Shown piece by piece: positions 35,925 to 46,016 of a stretch of DNA of 64,000 nt. The stretch spans positions 1,696,001-1,760,000 of the forward strand of contig OZ244852.1 of the NCBI GenBank assembly GCA_965220965.1, given 5' to 3'. The notes beneath the pieces were generated by a model. That model had not been told where the DNA came from. It did no database searches and saw only the letters and a list, made by a program, of their open reading frames with translations. Positions within the stretch are counted from its first letter, which is position 1. Every line of letters begins with the position of its first letter. The translations under genes and the position numbers were made by a program. This DNA is from Candidatus Marinacidobacterium sp. (GTDB lineage Bacteria > Acidobacteriota > Vicinamibacteria > Marinacidobacterales > Marinacidobacteraceae).

Positions 35925-38303
35925 TTCGTCGGGCGCCGGCTCCAGGACCAGGGTCCAGACCGCGGGGCCGGCGAGGAAGGGGCTCGGTCGCCCCTCCTCC
36001 CAGTCGACCTGGCCGGCGAGGTAGTAGGGGCTCGCGGGATGCCCCGACTGGCCGCCGGGCATGTGGAGGATCCCGCTCTCCTCCCGGCCGGGGGCGACGA
36101 CGAACCGGTTGGACGCCCCGCTCGCCCCGCGCTGGGCCCGGGGCAGATCGGCGTCCCCCGGCAGCGGCCGGGGAGCGGCGTCGAGACGGGGGGCGACGAG
36201 CCAGGCGAGCCACCCGGGAAGGCCGGCGCTCAGCGGGTGGCGCAGGTGAACGATGTTCTCGTCGCCCCAGACCCGATCGGCGAGGGGTCCGTCGACGCCC
36301 GCGGCGGCGGTCAGCACGGCCTGAACGAGCGCATCGTCCCAGTCCGAAGCGCCGCCGGGGGCGTACCAGGAGGGGCGCTCGGTCACCAGCTTTTCCAGCG
36401 GGCCGCGCCAGTGGGTGGCGACCCCGAACGAGAACCCGGGAAGGAGGTCGGCGGCCGGGGCGGTGAGCTCGCCGTAGACGGCGCGGTGGAGCGCCAGTCG
36501 CGCGTCGCGGACCAGCGGGTAGGCGGCGCTCTCGATGTGGGCGCCGCCGGTCCAGCCGGCGCCCAGAACCCGTCGCGCCTCGACCGCCCGCGGCTCGTCG
36601 CGCCCCTCGAGCGCGTCCAGAAAGTAGCGCCGCCAGCGATCCAGGCCGGGGGCCCGATCATCGAGCTGGACACCCAGCAGCGTCTCCTCGACGGCGGCCT
36701 CCACCGCCAGCAGCCGGTCGCGGATCATGAGGGCGCGCTCGCCGTGGGCGTAGGCGCCGTCCCGGCCGATCCGGTCCAGCCACTCGCCGTCCACGATGCG
36801 GTTGTTCGCCGTCCAGAGCACGCCGGAATCCGGGTCGAGGACCCGGGGGATGTCCTCCGGGGGGTGGTAGCCGTCCCAGCCGCGGGCGCCGTCGGCCCAC
36901 GACTCCGGAAGCGCGCCGAGCGTCCCGCGTCGCTTCGGAACCGGGCCGGCCACGCTCCAGACGATGCGCCCGTCGCGGTCCGCGGCGACGATGTTCTGCG
37001 GGGGCATCCCGGCGCTGTGCGCGGCCGCCAGCACATCCTGAACGGTCCGGGCGCCCACCAGGTCCAGGTACCCGGTGCGGAAACCCTCGGGATCGTGTGC
37101 GATCCAGCGGACGGCGAACGGGCGTCCCCAGCGCGTCGTCACCGGGCCCCAGATCGTCTCCCGCACTTCGTGGATCCGCGATGCGCCGCCGGCGACGAGG
37201 ATCTCCTCCTCGAGGACTTCCATGCGGCGCCAGCCCTCCGGCGCGCGGTAGCGAAGCGGGTCCGCGGGGTCGGTCTCGAGTTCGATGAGGTCCAGCCAGT
37301 CCCCCATCGTGTTCGTGAAGCCCCAGGCGACGTGGCCGTTACTCCCGGCGACGAGGGCGGGGACGCCGGGGAGCGTCAGCCCGGCGAGCCGGAGGTCGGG
37401 CAGATGGATCTCGGCGCGGTGCCAGATGTTCGGGACGCCGAGCGGCAGGTGCATGTCGGAGGCGACGAGCGGAGCCCCGCTGGCGGCGCGGGCCGGTCCG
37501 AGCACGAACGAGTTGCTGCCGAGGTTCGGCTGCGGAGCGCCGGTCGCCGGGGAAAGGCCGGCGTCCGCGGGGGCGAACGCCTCCGGTCCCGGAACCGGCG
37601 GCGTGGGAACCGGAGCGCCGAGCATCGGGGCGTCCTCTTCCGTGCCGAGGGGCTTGAGGAACGCGGCGAGGTCCGGCGACAGCGCCCTCGCGAGAGCGTC
37701 GGAGGCGGCCTCGCGGGAACCGGTCTGGTCGTTCAGGACGAAGTAGATCGCCGCCACCGCGAGGAAGGAGTCGGCGAGACGCCAGGGCGCCGGCTCCTGA
37801 CCCAGCAGCAGGTACTCGAAGGGCGGCGCCTCGAGCGCCGCGAGGCCGGCGTTCACGCCGTCCCGGTAGGCCTCGAAAAGCGCGCGGCGCGCGCCGGCGA
37901 GGTCGCCGGCCACCGCTTCGGTCCGCGCCCGCATGCGGTGGAGCCGGACCTCGGTGTCGGCTCCGAGCGCCGCCGCGCCCAGCAGCTCCGCCAGCTCGCC
38001 CGCCGGCTGGCGCCGCAGCAGGTCCATCTGGAAGAAGCGCTCCTGGGCGTGGACATACCCGAGCGTCCGGAGCCCGTCCTCGAGGGTGGCGGCGGTCAGC
38101 CGCGGAACCCCGAGGGCGTCGCGCTCCACGGTCGCCGGGCTCGCGAGGCCGGGAAGAACGGCGCTTCCTTCGAGCTGCGGCAGGCTGGCGCGCAGCCGGA
38201 GCGCGACGAAACCCGCGACGCCGGCGGCGCCGAGCCCCGCCACGACGACCAGCGCGGCGCCGGCGACGAGGACCCGGCGGCGGAGGCGGGAGCGATGGGG
38301 CAT
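35913..38303 (-). CDS. Penicillin acylase family (S45 Ntn hydrolase)
   Basis: RDALGVP, GYVHAQERFFQMDLLRR, GSNSFV (beta-chain Ser), DMHL, TANN and GGQSGHP. Confidence 0.92.
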   Translation of the reverse strand: MPHRSRLRRRVLVAGAALVVVAGLGAAGVAGFVALRLRASLPQLEGSAVLPGLASPATVERDALGVPRLTAATLEDGLRTLGYVHAQERFFQMDLLRRQPAGELAELLGAAALGADTEVRLHRMRARTEAVAGDLAGARRALFEAYRDGVNAGLAALEAPPFEYLLLGQEPAPWRLADSFLAVAAIYFVLNDQTGSREAASDALARALSPDLAAFLKPLGTEEDAPMLGAPVPTPPVPGPEAFAPADAGLSPATGAPQPNLGSNSFVLGPARAASGAPLVASDMHLPLGVPNIWHRAEIHLPDLRLAGLTLPGVPALVAGSNGHVAWGFTNTMGDWLDLIELETDPADPLRYRAPEGWRRMEVLEEEILVAGGASRIHEVRETIWGPVTTRWGRPFAVRWIAHDPEGFRTGYLDLVGARTVQDVLAAAHSAGMPPQNIVAADRDGRIVWSVAGPVPKRRGTLGALPESWADGARGWDGYHPPEDIPRVLDPDSGVLWTANNRIVDGEWLDRIGRDGAYAHGERALMIRDRLLAVEAAVEETLLGVQLDDRAPGLDRWRRYFLDALEGRDEPRAVEARRVLGAGWTGGAHIESAAYPLVRDARLALHRAVYGELTAPAADLLPGFSFGVATHWRGPLEKLVTERPSWYAPGGASDWDDALVQAVLTAAAGVDGPLADRVWGDENIVHLRHPLSAGLPGWLAWLVAPRLDAAPRPLPGDADLPRAQRGASGASNRFVVAPGREESGILHMPGGQSGHPASPYYLAGQVDWEEGRPSPFLAGPAVWTLVLEPAPDESGG

Positions 38304-38351
38304 GGGGCGGAGCGGATTCTGCCGGGTCGGTGGCTATCCTCCCGGCCGTCC

Positions 38352-39308
38352 ATGTTCGCGGCGCGCCGACCCCGGAATGCGCCGGGACGCGCCGTCTGGC
38401 TGATCGCGCTCTGGTTGGCGCCGGCGGCCTACGGCGAGGAGGCTCGGGAAGAGGGCGGGAATTCTCCCACGGAGGCGGCGAACGCGCAGACGGAGGAGGC
38501 CCCGCCGCTCGGGCCCGACTGGGCCGGCCGGGTGGACTTCAGCTTCGCCTCCTCCTCGGGCAATGCCGAGGCCCGCTCCGCGGGGATCGGCGCGCGCGCC
38601 GCCCGCGAGGTCTCCGGCTTCCGGCTCACGCTCGACGGAGCGCTGCTCCGGGCCAGCACCGGCAAGGTCGTCCGCGAGGCGGTGGGTTCGCCGGAGGACT
38701 TCGAGGTGCTGCGAAGCGTCAGCAGCCAGGTCTCGGCGGACCGGACCCACCTGCGGGCCGAGGTCTCGGAAGCGGGCGGCGCGGCGAGCGGACCGGGGAT
38801 CCACTATTTCGGCGCCGCCGGGTGGGAACGCGACGGGCCGGCCGGGCTCAAGCGGCGCATGGAGATGACGGCCGGGATGCAGGCCCGATTCGGCGAGGAG
38901 ACCGGCCTCACCTCGCCGGTCGAAATCGGAGCCGGCCTCTCGCTCACGAACCAGGTGGACGAGGTCCGGGACGCGGAGGCGGCGGCGACCTCGCTCGGGC
39001 TGCGGGTCGACTGGAAGTCCTCGGGCAGGATCGGCGACGCCGAGGCGGCGCTGGCGGCGGCCTCGACATGGAACCTGGGAACCCGCGACGACCTCCGCCT
39101 CGACGTGACCGGAAGCGTGGCGATGGCGCTGACTTCGCGACTGGCCTTCCGCTCGTCGCTCCAGGTCCTTTACGACACCCGGCCGGCGCTCGAGCGGGTC
39201 CCGCTGGCGATGACGGAGAACGGGCCGGAAACCGGGACGGTCCTCGTTCCCCGCGGACGGGTCGACGCGATCCTGCTCACCACCCTGGCATGGCGGTTCG
39301 GCGAATGA
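38352..39308 (+). CDS. DUF481-like outer-membrane beta-barrel protein
   Basis: Signal peptide; WAGRVDFSFASSSGNA; YDTRP; terminal LAWRF aromatic motif. Confidence 0.7.
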   Translation: MFAARRPRNAPGRAVWLIALWLAPAAYGEEAREEGGNSPTEAANAQTEEAPPLGPDWAGRVDFSFASSSGNAEARSAGIGARAAREVSGFRLTLDGALLRASTGKVVREAVGSPEDFEVLRSVSSQVSADRTHLRAEVSEAGGAASGPGIHYFGAAGWERDGPAGLKRRMEMTAGMQARFGEETGLTSPVEIGAGLSLTNQVDEVRDAEAAATSLGLRVDWKSSGRIGDAEAALAAASTWNLGTRDDLRLDVTGSVAMALTSRLAFRSSLQVLYDTRPALERVPLAMTENGPETGTVLVPRGRVDAILLTTLAWRFGE

Positions 39309-39372
39309 GGGACGGACTCCGGGTGTCGGGCGGCGCGTCAGCGAGCAACGGGCCGCGCCCGGGAGCCCGCGG

Positions 39373-40338
39373 GTGACGGGTCACCGGGTCGTGGTCCTCG
39401 GGCCGCAGATGGGAGACGTCTCCCTCCAGGAGGGGCTCCGGGCGCTGGACCCGCCGGCGGGACCGGTCGCCGACATCACCGTCGGCTGGCGGGAGACCGA
39501 ACCGGTGCGGCGGGAGGTCGACCGCGAGATCGAGGGGTTCGGGCGCGACCCGGCGCCGCTGCTCATAGGCGAGCGGGTGGGGCGCGTCTTCGACGCCGAC
39601 CCCGAGCTGAAGCGCGCGCATCGCGAACTCCAGGACGGACTGCTGGCGGAGGAGCGCCTCTACCGCGTCCGGCTCGGGCAGGCGGTGGAGGCCGCCCACC
39701 AGGTGGATCGGCTGTCGGTGGACGAGCGCTACCGCGACCCCTACGCGAGAGCCGCCTGGGAATCGATCCTGGCGGTGGACCGGATGCACCTCGACTACCA
39801 CGAGTCGCTCTGGCGGGAGTTCCAGGACGCTTTCCGGCCGGACGAGCGGCCGGCGCTCCGGAAAGAGAAGCAGGAGGTCGAGGCGATCCTCGCCGACGCC
39901 GCCGCGGTGGTGCTGACCGGCGGGCACGTGGCGGTGATCCGGAACCGGCTTCGGCTCCTCGGGCTCGGCGCCGCGCTGTCGCAACTCCCGGTGCTCACCT
40001 GGTCCGCCGGGGCGATGGTGTTGACGCCGCGCGTCGTCCTGTTCCACGATCGGCTCCCCTACGGATCGGTGCGGCCCGAGATCCTCGGCGAGGGGCTGGG
40101 AGTGCTGCCGGGGGTGGCCTTCTTTCCCGATGCGGGCGCGCGGTTGGACCTCGACGACCGGCTCAGCCTGCGCGAACTGGCCGGGCGGATCGCGCCGGAT
40201 CGGGCGGTGCTGATCGACCCGGAGGACCGGCTCGTGCGGGACGGCGAGCGCTGGAGCGGTTCGGCCGGGGTCCGGACGCTGACGGCGGAAGGGACGGTGG
40301 AAATCGTCGCGCAACTGGAGGGCGGGGCCGCCGGATGA
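39373..40338 (+). CDS. Class I glutamine amidotransferase-like / peptidase S51-like protein
   Basis: VLTGGHVAVIRNRL, WSAGAM nucleophile elbow and GLGVLPG. Confidence 0.65.
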   Translation: MTGHRVVVLGPQMGDVSLQEGLRALDPPAGPVADITVGWRETEPVRREVDREIEGFGRDPAPLLIGERVGRVFDADPELKRAHRELQDGLLAEERLYRVRLGQAVEAAHQVDRLSVDERYRDPYARAAWESILAVDRMHLDYHESLWREFQDAFRPDERPALRKEKQEVEAILADAAAVVLTGGHVAVIRNRLRLLGLGAALSQLPVLTWSAGAMVLTPRVVLFHDRLPYGSVRPEILGEGLGVLPGVAFFPDAGARLDLDDRLSLRELAGRIAPDRAVLIDPEDRLVRDGERWSGSAGVRTLTAEGTVEIVAQLEGGAAG

Positions 40339-41474
40339 ACCAGGCCCGGAGTCTCGCGATCCACGAACTGGAGATCGCGGGCGCCTCGCCCGAGGCGGTG
40401 GCGCAATTCGTCGAGACCCACGAGTTCCCGATCCGGGACGGGCCCCACACCACGTTCGTGTTCCGGGGCGCCGCCGATTCCGTCCTGCTGGGCCACTGGC
40501 TGTTCGGGACCGCCGCGGCGCGCGAGATGGAGCGCCTGGCGGACTCCGACCTCTGGTTCGTCACGCTGGATCTTCCTCCCGGCTCGCGCGTGGAGTACCG
40601 CTTCCAGCGGATGCGGGGGGCGCAGGCCGAGTGGATCCTGGACCCGCTGAATCCCCGGACCGTCCGGGATCCGTTCGGCGTCTGGTCGGTGTGTCACGGC
40701 GCCGGCTACCAGCGCCCCTCCTGGACGATGGAGAACCCGGCGGTGGGCGGGGGCGAGGTGCGCGAGGTGGAGATCGGGGGAGGGCCGGGACGGAGCGCCG
40801 TCCAGGTCTACACGCCGGTCGGGTTCCGGGGCTCGAGGCGGTATCCGCTGCTGGTGGTCCTCGACGGAGCGGACTACCTGCGCTACGCCAGCGCCCGCGT
40901 GGTGCTCGACAACCTGATCGACCGCCGGGACATCCCGCCGCTGATCGCGGCGTTCGTGAACCCCAGGAAACGCATCCTCGACTACACGAACAGCGCCGAG
41001 TTCGCGGCGTTCCTCGTCGAGCGGCTGGTTCCCGATCTGGGGCGCCGGTTCCCGTTGCGCGAGCGCCCCGACGACCGGGGGCTCATGGGCGCGGGCCTGG
41101 GCGCGGTGGGGGCGTTGACAACGGCCTGGCGATACCCGGACTTCTTCGGGAAGCTGTGCCTCCAGTCGGGTTCCTTCGCGTTCACCGAGGTGGGGCCCAA
41201 CACCCGCACCACGCTCCTCGATCCGGTGGTGGACTTCGTGAACTCCTACCGGCGGGCGCCGAAGCCGGTGGCCTCCCGCGTGTTCGTGAGCTGCGGCGTC
41301 TACGACCCGCTCATCTACGAGAACCGCTCGCTGACGCCCCTGCTGCGGGAGAGCGGCATGGATGTCCGGTTCGTGGAGAGCCCGGACGGCCACAACTGGG
41401 AGAACTGGCGCGACCGGCTCCGGGTCGGGCTCTCGTGGCTGTTCCCGGGCCCGATCTGGCTCTACTACCGGTGA
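40335..41474 (+). CDS. Enterochelin esterase (Fes)-like alpha/beta hydrolase with nucleophile Ser replaced by Gly
   Basis: N-terminal Ig-like domain, VYTPVG, YPLLVVLDG, GAGLG elbow and DGHNWENW. Confidence 0.8.
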   Translation: MNQARSLAIHELEIAGASPEAVAQFVETHEFPIRDGPHTTFVFRGAADSVLLGHWLFGTAAAREMERLADSDLWFVTLDLPPGSRVEYRFQRMRGAQAEWILDPLNPRTVRDPFGVWSVCHGAGYQRPSWTMENPAVGGGEVREVEIGGGPGRSAVQVYTPVGFRGSRRYPLLVVLDGADYLRYASARVVLDNLIDRRDIPPLIAAFVNPRKRILDYTNSAEFAAFLVERLVPDLGRRFPLRERPDDRGLMGAGLGAVGALTTAWRYPDFFGKLCLQSGSFAFTEVGPNTRTTLLDPVVDFVNSYRRAPKPVASRVFVSCGVYDPLIYENRSLTPLLRESGMDVRFVESPDGHNWENWRDRLRVGLSWLFPGPIWLYYR

Positions 41475-42706
41475 CGGTCACGCGCGCCGGGGCGGAGGCC
41501 CCCCACCGGCTCGACGAGGCGCTCCCCCGGCGCGGGTCGGGCTCGGTGAAGTGGGAGTACGCGGAGGGGTCGGCGGCGCGCGGTTCGTCGCTCGCGCCGG
41601 TGGACCCCGAGGCGGGCATCCTCCCGATGTGGGTCGCGGACATGGACTTTCCCTGCCCCGAGGTCGTGGTGGAGGCCATCCGCGAGCGGCTGCGCCACCC
41701 GGTCTTCGGCTACACCGCGGAGCGGCCCGGGTTCGCCGAAGCGTTCTGCGACTGGGTCGCCGGACGGCACGGGTTCCGGCCGCAGCCGGAGTGGATCACG
41801 CCGACCGAGGGGATCGTGCCCGACCTGGGGATGCTGGCGAACACCCTGGCGGAGGGAGCCGGCGTCATTCTCCATCCGCCGGTCTACCACCCCTTCTTCG
41901 GAGCGGTGCGCAACGCCGGCGCGCGCGTCGTGTCCTGTCCGCTCCGCCGGGAACGCGGTCCCGGCAACCCCTACCGGCTGGACCTGGAGCGGTTCGACCG
42001 GCTGGCGGCGGAACCGGAGAACCGGCTCACGTTCCTCTGCAATCCGCAGAACCCGGTGGGGCGGGTCTGGCGACGCGAGGAGCTCGAGGAGTTCGCCCGG
42101 ATCGCGACGCGGCGCGGGGTCTTCGTGGTGGCGGACGAGATCCACGGGGACCTGATGCTCTCCGGTCGCCGGTTCACGCCCTGGCTCAGCGTGGCCGGCG
42201 TGAACCCGAAGGGGACGATCGTGGCCTCGGCGCCGAGCAAGACCTTCAACCTGGCGGGGCTCAAGTGCTCCTGTCTGGTCACGCCCGACCCCGGCGTCCG
42301 CGAGAGAGTGCGGCGGGCGCGCGACCGCCGGGGCGCCTACGGGGTGAACCCGCTGAGCGCGGCGGCGGCGGAGGCCGCCTGGCGGGGCGGCGGCCCCTGG
42401 CTGGACGAGGTCTTGGCCTACATCGGGGACAACGCCGACCGGCTCGCCGGGTTCTTCGCCGAGCGGCCGGCGCTGGGCGTCGGGGTCACGCCCCTGGAGG
42501 GGACCTACCTGGCGTGGCTGGACTTCCGGCGCAGCGCCGCGCCGGACGACAGCCTGGAGGCGTGGCTCCTCGACCGGGCGCGGGTCCGGGTCGAGGACGG
42601 CCGGATCTTCGGGAGCGGCGGCGAGGGCTTCGCACGGCTCAACCTGGCCTGCCCCCGCCCGCTGCTGGACGAGGCGCTCGCCCGGATCGAACGCGCGCTC
42701 GGATAG
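41471..42706 (+). CDS. MalY/PatB PLP-dependent cystathionine beta-lyase/aminotransferase
   Basis: SVKW, LPMWVADMDF, LCNPQNPVGRVW, DEIHGD, APSKTFNLAG and EGTYLAWLDF. Confidence 0.9.
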   Translation: MTVTRAGAEAPHRLDEALPRRGSGSVKWEYAEGSAARGSSLAPVDPEAGILPMWVADMDFPCPEVVVEAIRERLRHPVFGYTAERPGFAEAFCDWVAGRHGFRPQPEWITPTEGIVPDLGMLANTLAEGAGVILHPPVYHPFFGAVRNAGARVVSCPLRRERGPGNPYRLDLERFDRLAAEPENRLTFLCNPQNPVGRVWRREELEEFARIATRRGVFVVADEIHGDLMLSGRRFTPWLSVAGVNPKGTIVASAPSKTFNLAGLKCSCLVTPDPGVRERVRRARDRRGAYGVNPLSAAAAEAAWRGGGPWLDEVLAYIGDNADRLAGFFAERPALGVGVTPLEGTYLAWLDFRRSAAPDDSLEAWLLDRARVRVEDGRIFGSGGEGFARLNLACPRPLLDEALARIERALG

Positions 42707-42728
42707 CCGGAGGGCCCGGCGCGCCGCG

Positions 42729-45700
42729 CTACTGGCGCGCCGCCCGTTCGCCGAGGAAGTCGTTCCAGGCGTGCGGGCGGAGCGTTCCCGAAGGATGGCT
42801 GACGAGCGCGGTGACGATGTGGCGGGCCAGTGAGGGATCGGTGATCAGGGGCACGCCGCGGTCCACCGCGCGCCGGCGGACGAGGTACCCGTCCGGGCGC
42901 CCCTCCGGGTCGTAGGCGACCGGGACGTTAACGACGAGGTCCACCTCGCCGTCATCGATCAGGTCGAGCGCGCTCTGGGCGCCCGGAGTCCCGAACCCCG
43001 GGCCCAGCGGGCGGCCTTCCTGACGGACGCGCGTGACCTCGGTGTTCTCGACGCCGTTCTCGCGGAGCACCCGGCTGGTGCCGCTGGTCGCGTAGATCTT
43101 CAGGCCCAGCTCCTCGACCATGGTCCGCGCGGTGCGGAGGAAGCGGTGCTTCCAGCGGGGCGGCCCGAGCGAGAGCAGCACTCCCCGCCGGGGCCGGCGA
43201 AACCCGGTGGACATGAGGCCGTGGAGCAGCGCCTCGTGGAACGAGCCGCCAAGACAGCCCACCTCGCCGGTGCTCGCCATTTCGACGCCGAGGAGGGGGT
43301 CCGCCCCGAGGAGCCGGGAGAAGGAGAACTGGGGCACCTTGACGCCCACATGCTCCAGCTCGTACATCGGCCGGTGGTCCATGCCGGGATCCTCGCCGAG
43401 CATGATCCGGGTCGCCGCCCGCGCGTAGTTCCGCCCGGTCACCTTCGAGACGAAGGGCAGGCTCCTGGAAGCGCGCAGGTTGCACTCGATGACCTTCACG
43501 ATGCCGTCGCGGTGCAGCATCTGGATGTTGCAGGGCCCGGTCACGCGGAGATGGCGCGCGATCTCGGTGGCGATGCGGCGGGCCTGCCCGAGGGTGGGGA
43601 TCGTCATGTCCACCGGCGGGAGAACGAGCGTGGCGTCGCCGCTGTGAACCCCGGCGTCCTCCACGTGCTCGCTGAGCGCCCACAGCACGACTTCCCCGTC
43701 GCGGGCCACCAGGTCGATCTCGATCTCGCGGGCGTCCTCCTCGAACCGGGAGATCACCACCGGATGCTCGGGCGAGATCGCCTTCGCCTTGCGGAGGATG
43801 CGGCGCAGCTCGTGCTCCTCGTGCGCCACCGACATCGCGGCGCCGCTGAGGACATAGCTGGGGCGGACCAGCACCGGGAACCCGCCGAGCGACTCCACGA
43901 TCCCGCGGGCGTCCCGGACATCGGTCACGTGGGCCCACTTCGGCTGGTCCACGCCGATCTCGTCGAGAAGCGCGGAGAACTTGTTCCGGTCCTCGGCGCG
44001 GTCGATGTCCTCGGCCGCGGTTCCCAGGATCGGAACCCCGGCGTCGTGAAGCCGCATCGCCAGCCGGTTCGGGATCTGCCCGCCCATGCTCACCACAACG
44101 CCGTCGGGCCGCTCCTTGGCGACCAGGTCGAGGACCGATTCGACGCTCACCTCGTCGAACACCAGCTTGTCGCAGATGTCGTAATCGGTGCTGACCGTCT
44201 CCGGGTTGTAGTTCAGCATCAGGGTTTCGCAGCCCAGCCCGGCCGCCGCCTGGACCGCGTTCACGCAGCACCAGTCGAACTCGACCGACGACCCGATCCG
44301 GTAGACGCCGGAGCCGATCACCAGGATCTTGCGGCGGTCGGAGTCGCGGGAGGCCGCCTCATCCCCGATCGCGTGGTACGTCGAGTAGAGGTAGTTCGTC
44401 TCGGCCGGGAATTCCGCCGCGAGGGTGTCGATGCGGGCCAGCCGGGGCGCCAGGTCCGCCTCGGCGCGGGCCTTCGTCGTGCTCCCTCGCGGCTGGCCGG
44501 TCAGGGCGTCGAGGGACTCGTCCGAGAAGCCCTGCTCCTTCGCCCGCCGCAACAGCTCCGGCGGCAGCGGCGAGCCGGTGTTCTCGACCTCCGCCTCGGT
44601 GCGCATCACATCGGCGACGCCGGCGAGGAACCAGGGATCGATCCGCGTCAACTCGTGGATCCGGTCGAGGGTCGCCTCGACGTTGTCCTCATCCACCGCG
44701 CGCCGCAGCGCGGCGGCGAGGGCGAACACTCGCCGGGGGGTGGCGTGAACCAGCTCGTCCTCGAGCGCGTCGAACCGGAACGCCCGGGACTCGAGGCCGC
44801 GGATCCCGATGTCGAGCATGCGCAGCGCCTTCTGGAGCACTTCGGGGAAGGTCCGGCCGATCGCCATGACTTCGCCCACCGACTTCATCTCGCTCCCGAT
44901 GCGGGTGTGGGCGTCCTGGAACTTGCCGAGGTCCCAGCGGGGCGCCTTCATGACCAGGTAGTCGAGCGCGGGCTCGAAGAAGGCGCTGGTGACGCCGGTG
45001 ACCCGGTTCTTCAGCTCGGGGAGCTCGAAGCCGAGCCCGAGCTTCGCCGCGACGTAGGCGAGCGGGTAGCCGGTGGCCTTGCTCGCGAGCGCCGAGGAGC
45101 GCGAGAGCCGGGCGTTCACCTCGATGACCCGGTACTCGGGGGCGTTCGGGTTCAGCGCGAACTGGACGTTGCACTCCCCGACGATCCCGAGGTGCTGGAC
45201 GACCTGGATCGAGACGGTGCGGAGAAGCTGGTACTCCTCGTCGTTCAGCGTCTGCGACGGCGCCACCACGAACGACTCGCCGGTATGGATCCCCATGGGG
45301 TCCATGTTCTCCATGTTGCAGACGGTGATGCAGGCGCCCGCCCGGTCGCGCACGACCTCGTACTCGATCTCCTTCCAGCCCCGCAGCGACTCCTCGACGA
45401 GCACCTGCGCGTCCTCGCCCCCGACGCCCCCGAAGATGTTCGTGAGCGCCCGGTCGAGTTCCTCCTGCGTCTCGACGATCGCGCTTCCCCGGCCGCCGAG
45501 CGCGAAGCCGATCCGGAGCATGAGCGGGAGGCCGATCTCCGCCGCGGCGGCAAGGGCCTCGTCCGGGCTGTGGCACGCGCGGCTCCTCGCGGTGAGCACG
45601 CCGATCTCGGCGAGCCGCGCGTTGAAGCGCCCGCGGTCCTCGCTGTCGCGGATCGAGCGGACCGGGGTTCCCAGCACCTGGATCCCCGCCTCCCCGAACC

Positions 45701-46016
45701 ACTTCTCGAGCGCCAGCCCGCAGTTCAGCGCCGTCTGGCCGCCGAACGAGAGCGCGACTCCATCCACCCCCTCGCGCTCCGCGACCTGACGGACCAGATC
45801 GGGGGTCACCGCGTTCAGGTAGAGGCGGTCGGCCATTCCCTCGCTGGTCTGGATCGTGGCGATGTTGGGGTTCACCAGAACGGTGGAGACCCCCTCCTCG
45901 CGGAACGCCTTGATGGCCTGGGAGCCGGAGTAGTCGAACTCCCCCGCCTGCCCGATCTGGAGCGCGCCGGAGCCCAGGACGAGGATCGACCGGGGGAAAT
46001 CGGCCCGGGTCTTCAA
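42729..46016 (-). CDS. carB: Carbamoyl-phosphate synthase large subunit
   Basis: GSGALQIGQAGEFDYSG, two ATP-grasp halves, MGS domain; TTG start overlapping carA stop inferred (alternative 46040). Confidence 0.95.
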   Translation of the reverse strand: MKTRADFPRSILVLGSGALQIGQAGEFDYSGSQAIKAFREEGVSTVLVNPNIATIQTSEGMADRLYLNAVTPDLVRQVAEREGVDGVALSFGGQTALNCGLALEKWFGEAGIQVLGTPVRSIRDSEDRGRFNARLAEIGVLTARSRACHSPDEALAAAAEIGLPLMLRIGFALGGRGSAIVETQEELDRALTNIFGGVGGEDAQVLVEESLRGWKEIEYEVVRDRAGACITVCNMENMDPMGIHTGESFVVAPSQTLNDEEYQLLRTVSIQVVQHLGIVGECNVQFALNPNAPEYRVIEVNARLSRSSALASKATGYPLAYVAAKLGLGFELPELKNRVTGVTSAFFEPALDYLVMKAPRWDLGKFQDAHTRIGSEMKSVGEVMAIGRTFPEVLQKALRMLDIGIRGLESRAFRFDALEDELVHATPRRVFALAAALRRAVDEDNVEATLDRIHELTRIDPWFLAGVADVMRTEAEVENTGSPLPPELLRRAKEQGFSDESLDALTGQPRGSTTKARAEADLAPRLARIDTLAAEFPAETNYLYSTYHAIGDEAASRDSDRRKILVIGSGVYRIGSSVEFDWCCVNAVQAAAGLGCETLMLNYNPETVSTDYDICDKLVFDEVSVESVLDLVAKERPDGVVVSMGGQIPNRLAMRLHDAGVPILGTAAEDIDRAEDRNKFSALLDEIGVDQPKWAHVTDVRDARGIVESLGGFPVLVRPSYVLSGAAMSVAHEEHELRRILRKAKAISPEHPVVISRFEEDAREIEIDLVARDGEVVLWALSEHVEDAGVHSGDATLVLPPVDMTIPTLGQARRIATEIARHLRVTGPCNIQMLHRDGIVKVIECNLRASRSLPFVSKVTGRNYARAATRIMLGEDPGMDHRPMYELEHVGVKVPQFSFSRLLGADPLLGVEMASTGEVGCLGGSFHEALLHGLMSTGFRRPRRGVLLSLGPPRWKHRFLRTARTMVEELGLKIYATSGTSRVLRENGVENTEVTRVRQEGRPLGPGFGTPGAQSALDLIDDGEVDLVVNVPVAYDPEGRPDGYLVRRRAVDRGVPLITDPSLARHIVTALVSHPSGTLRPHAWNDFLGERAARQ

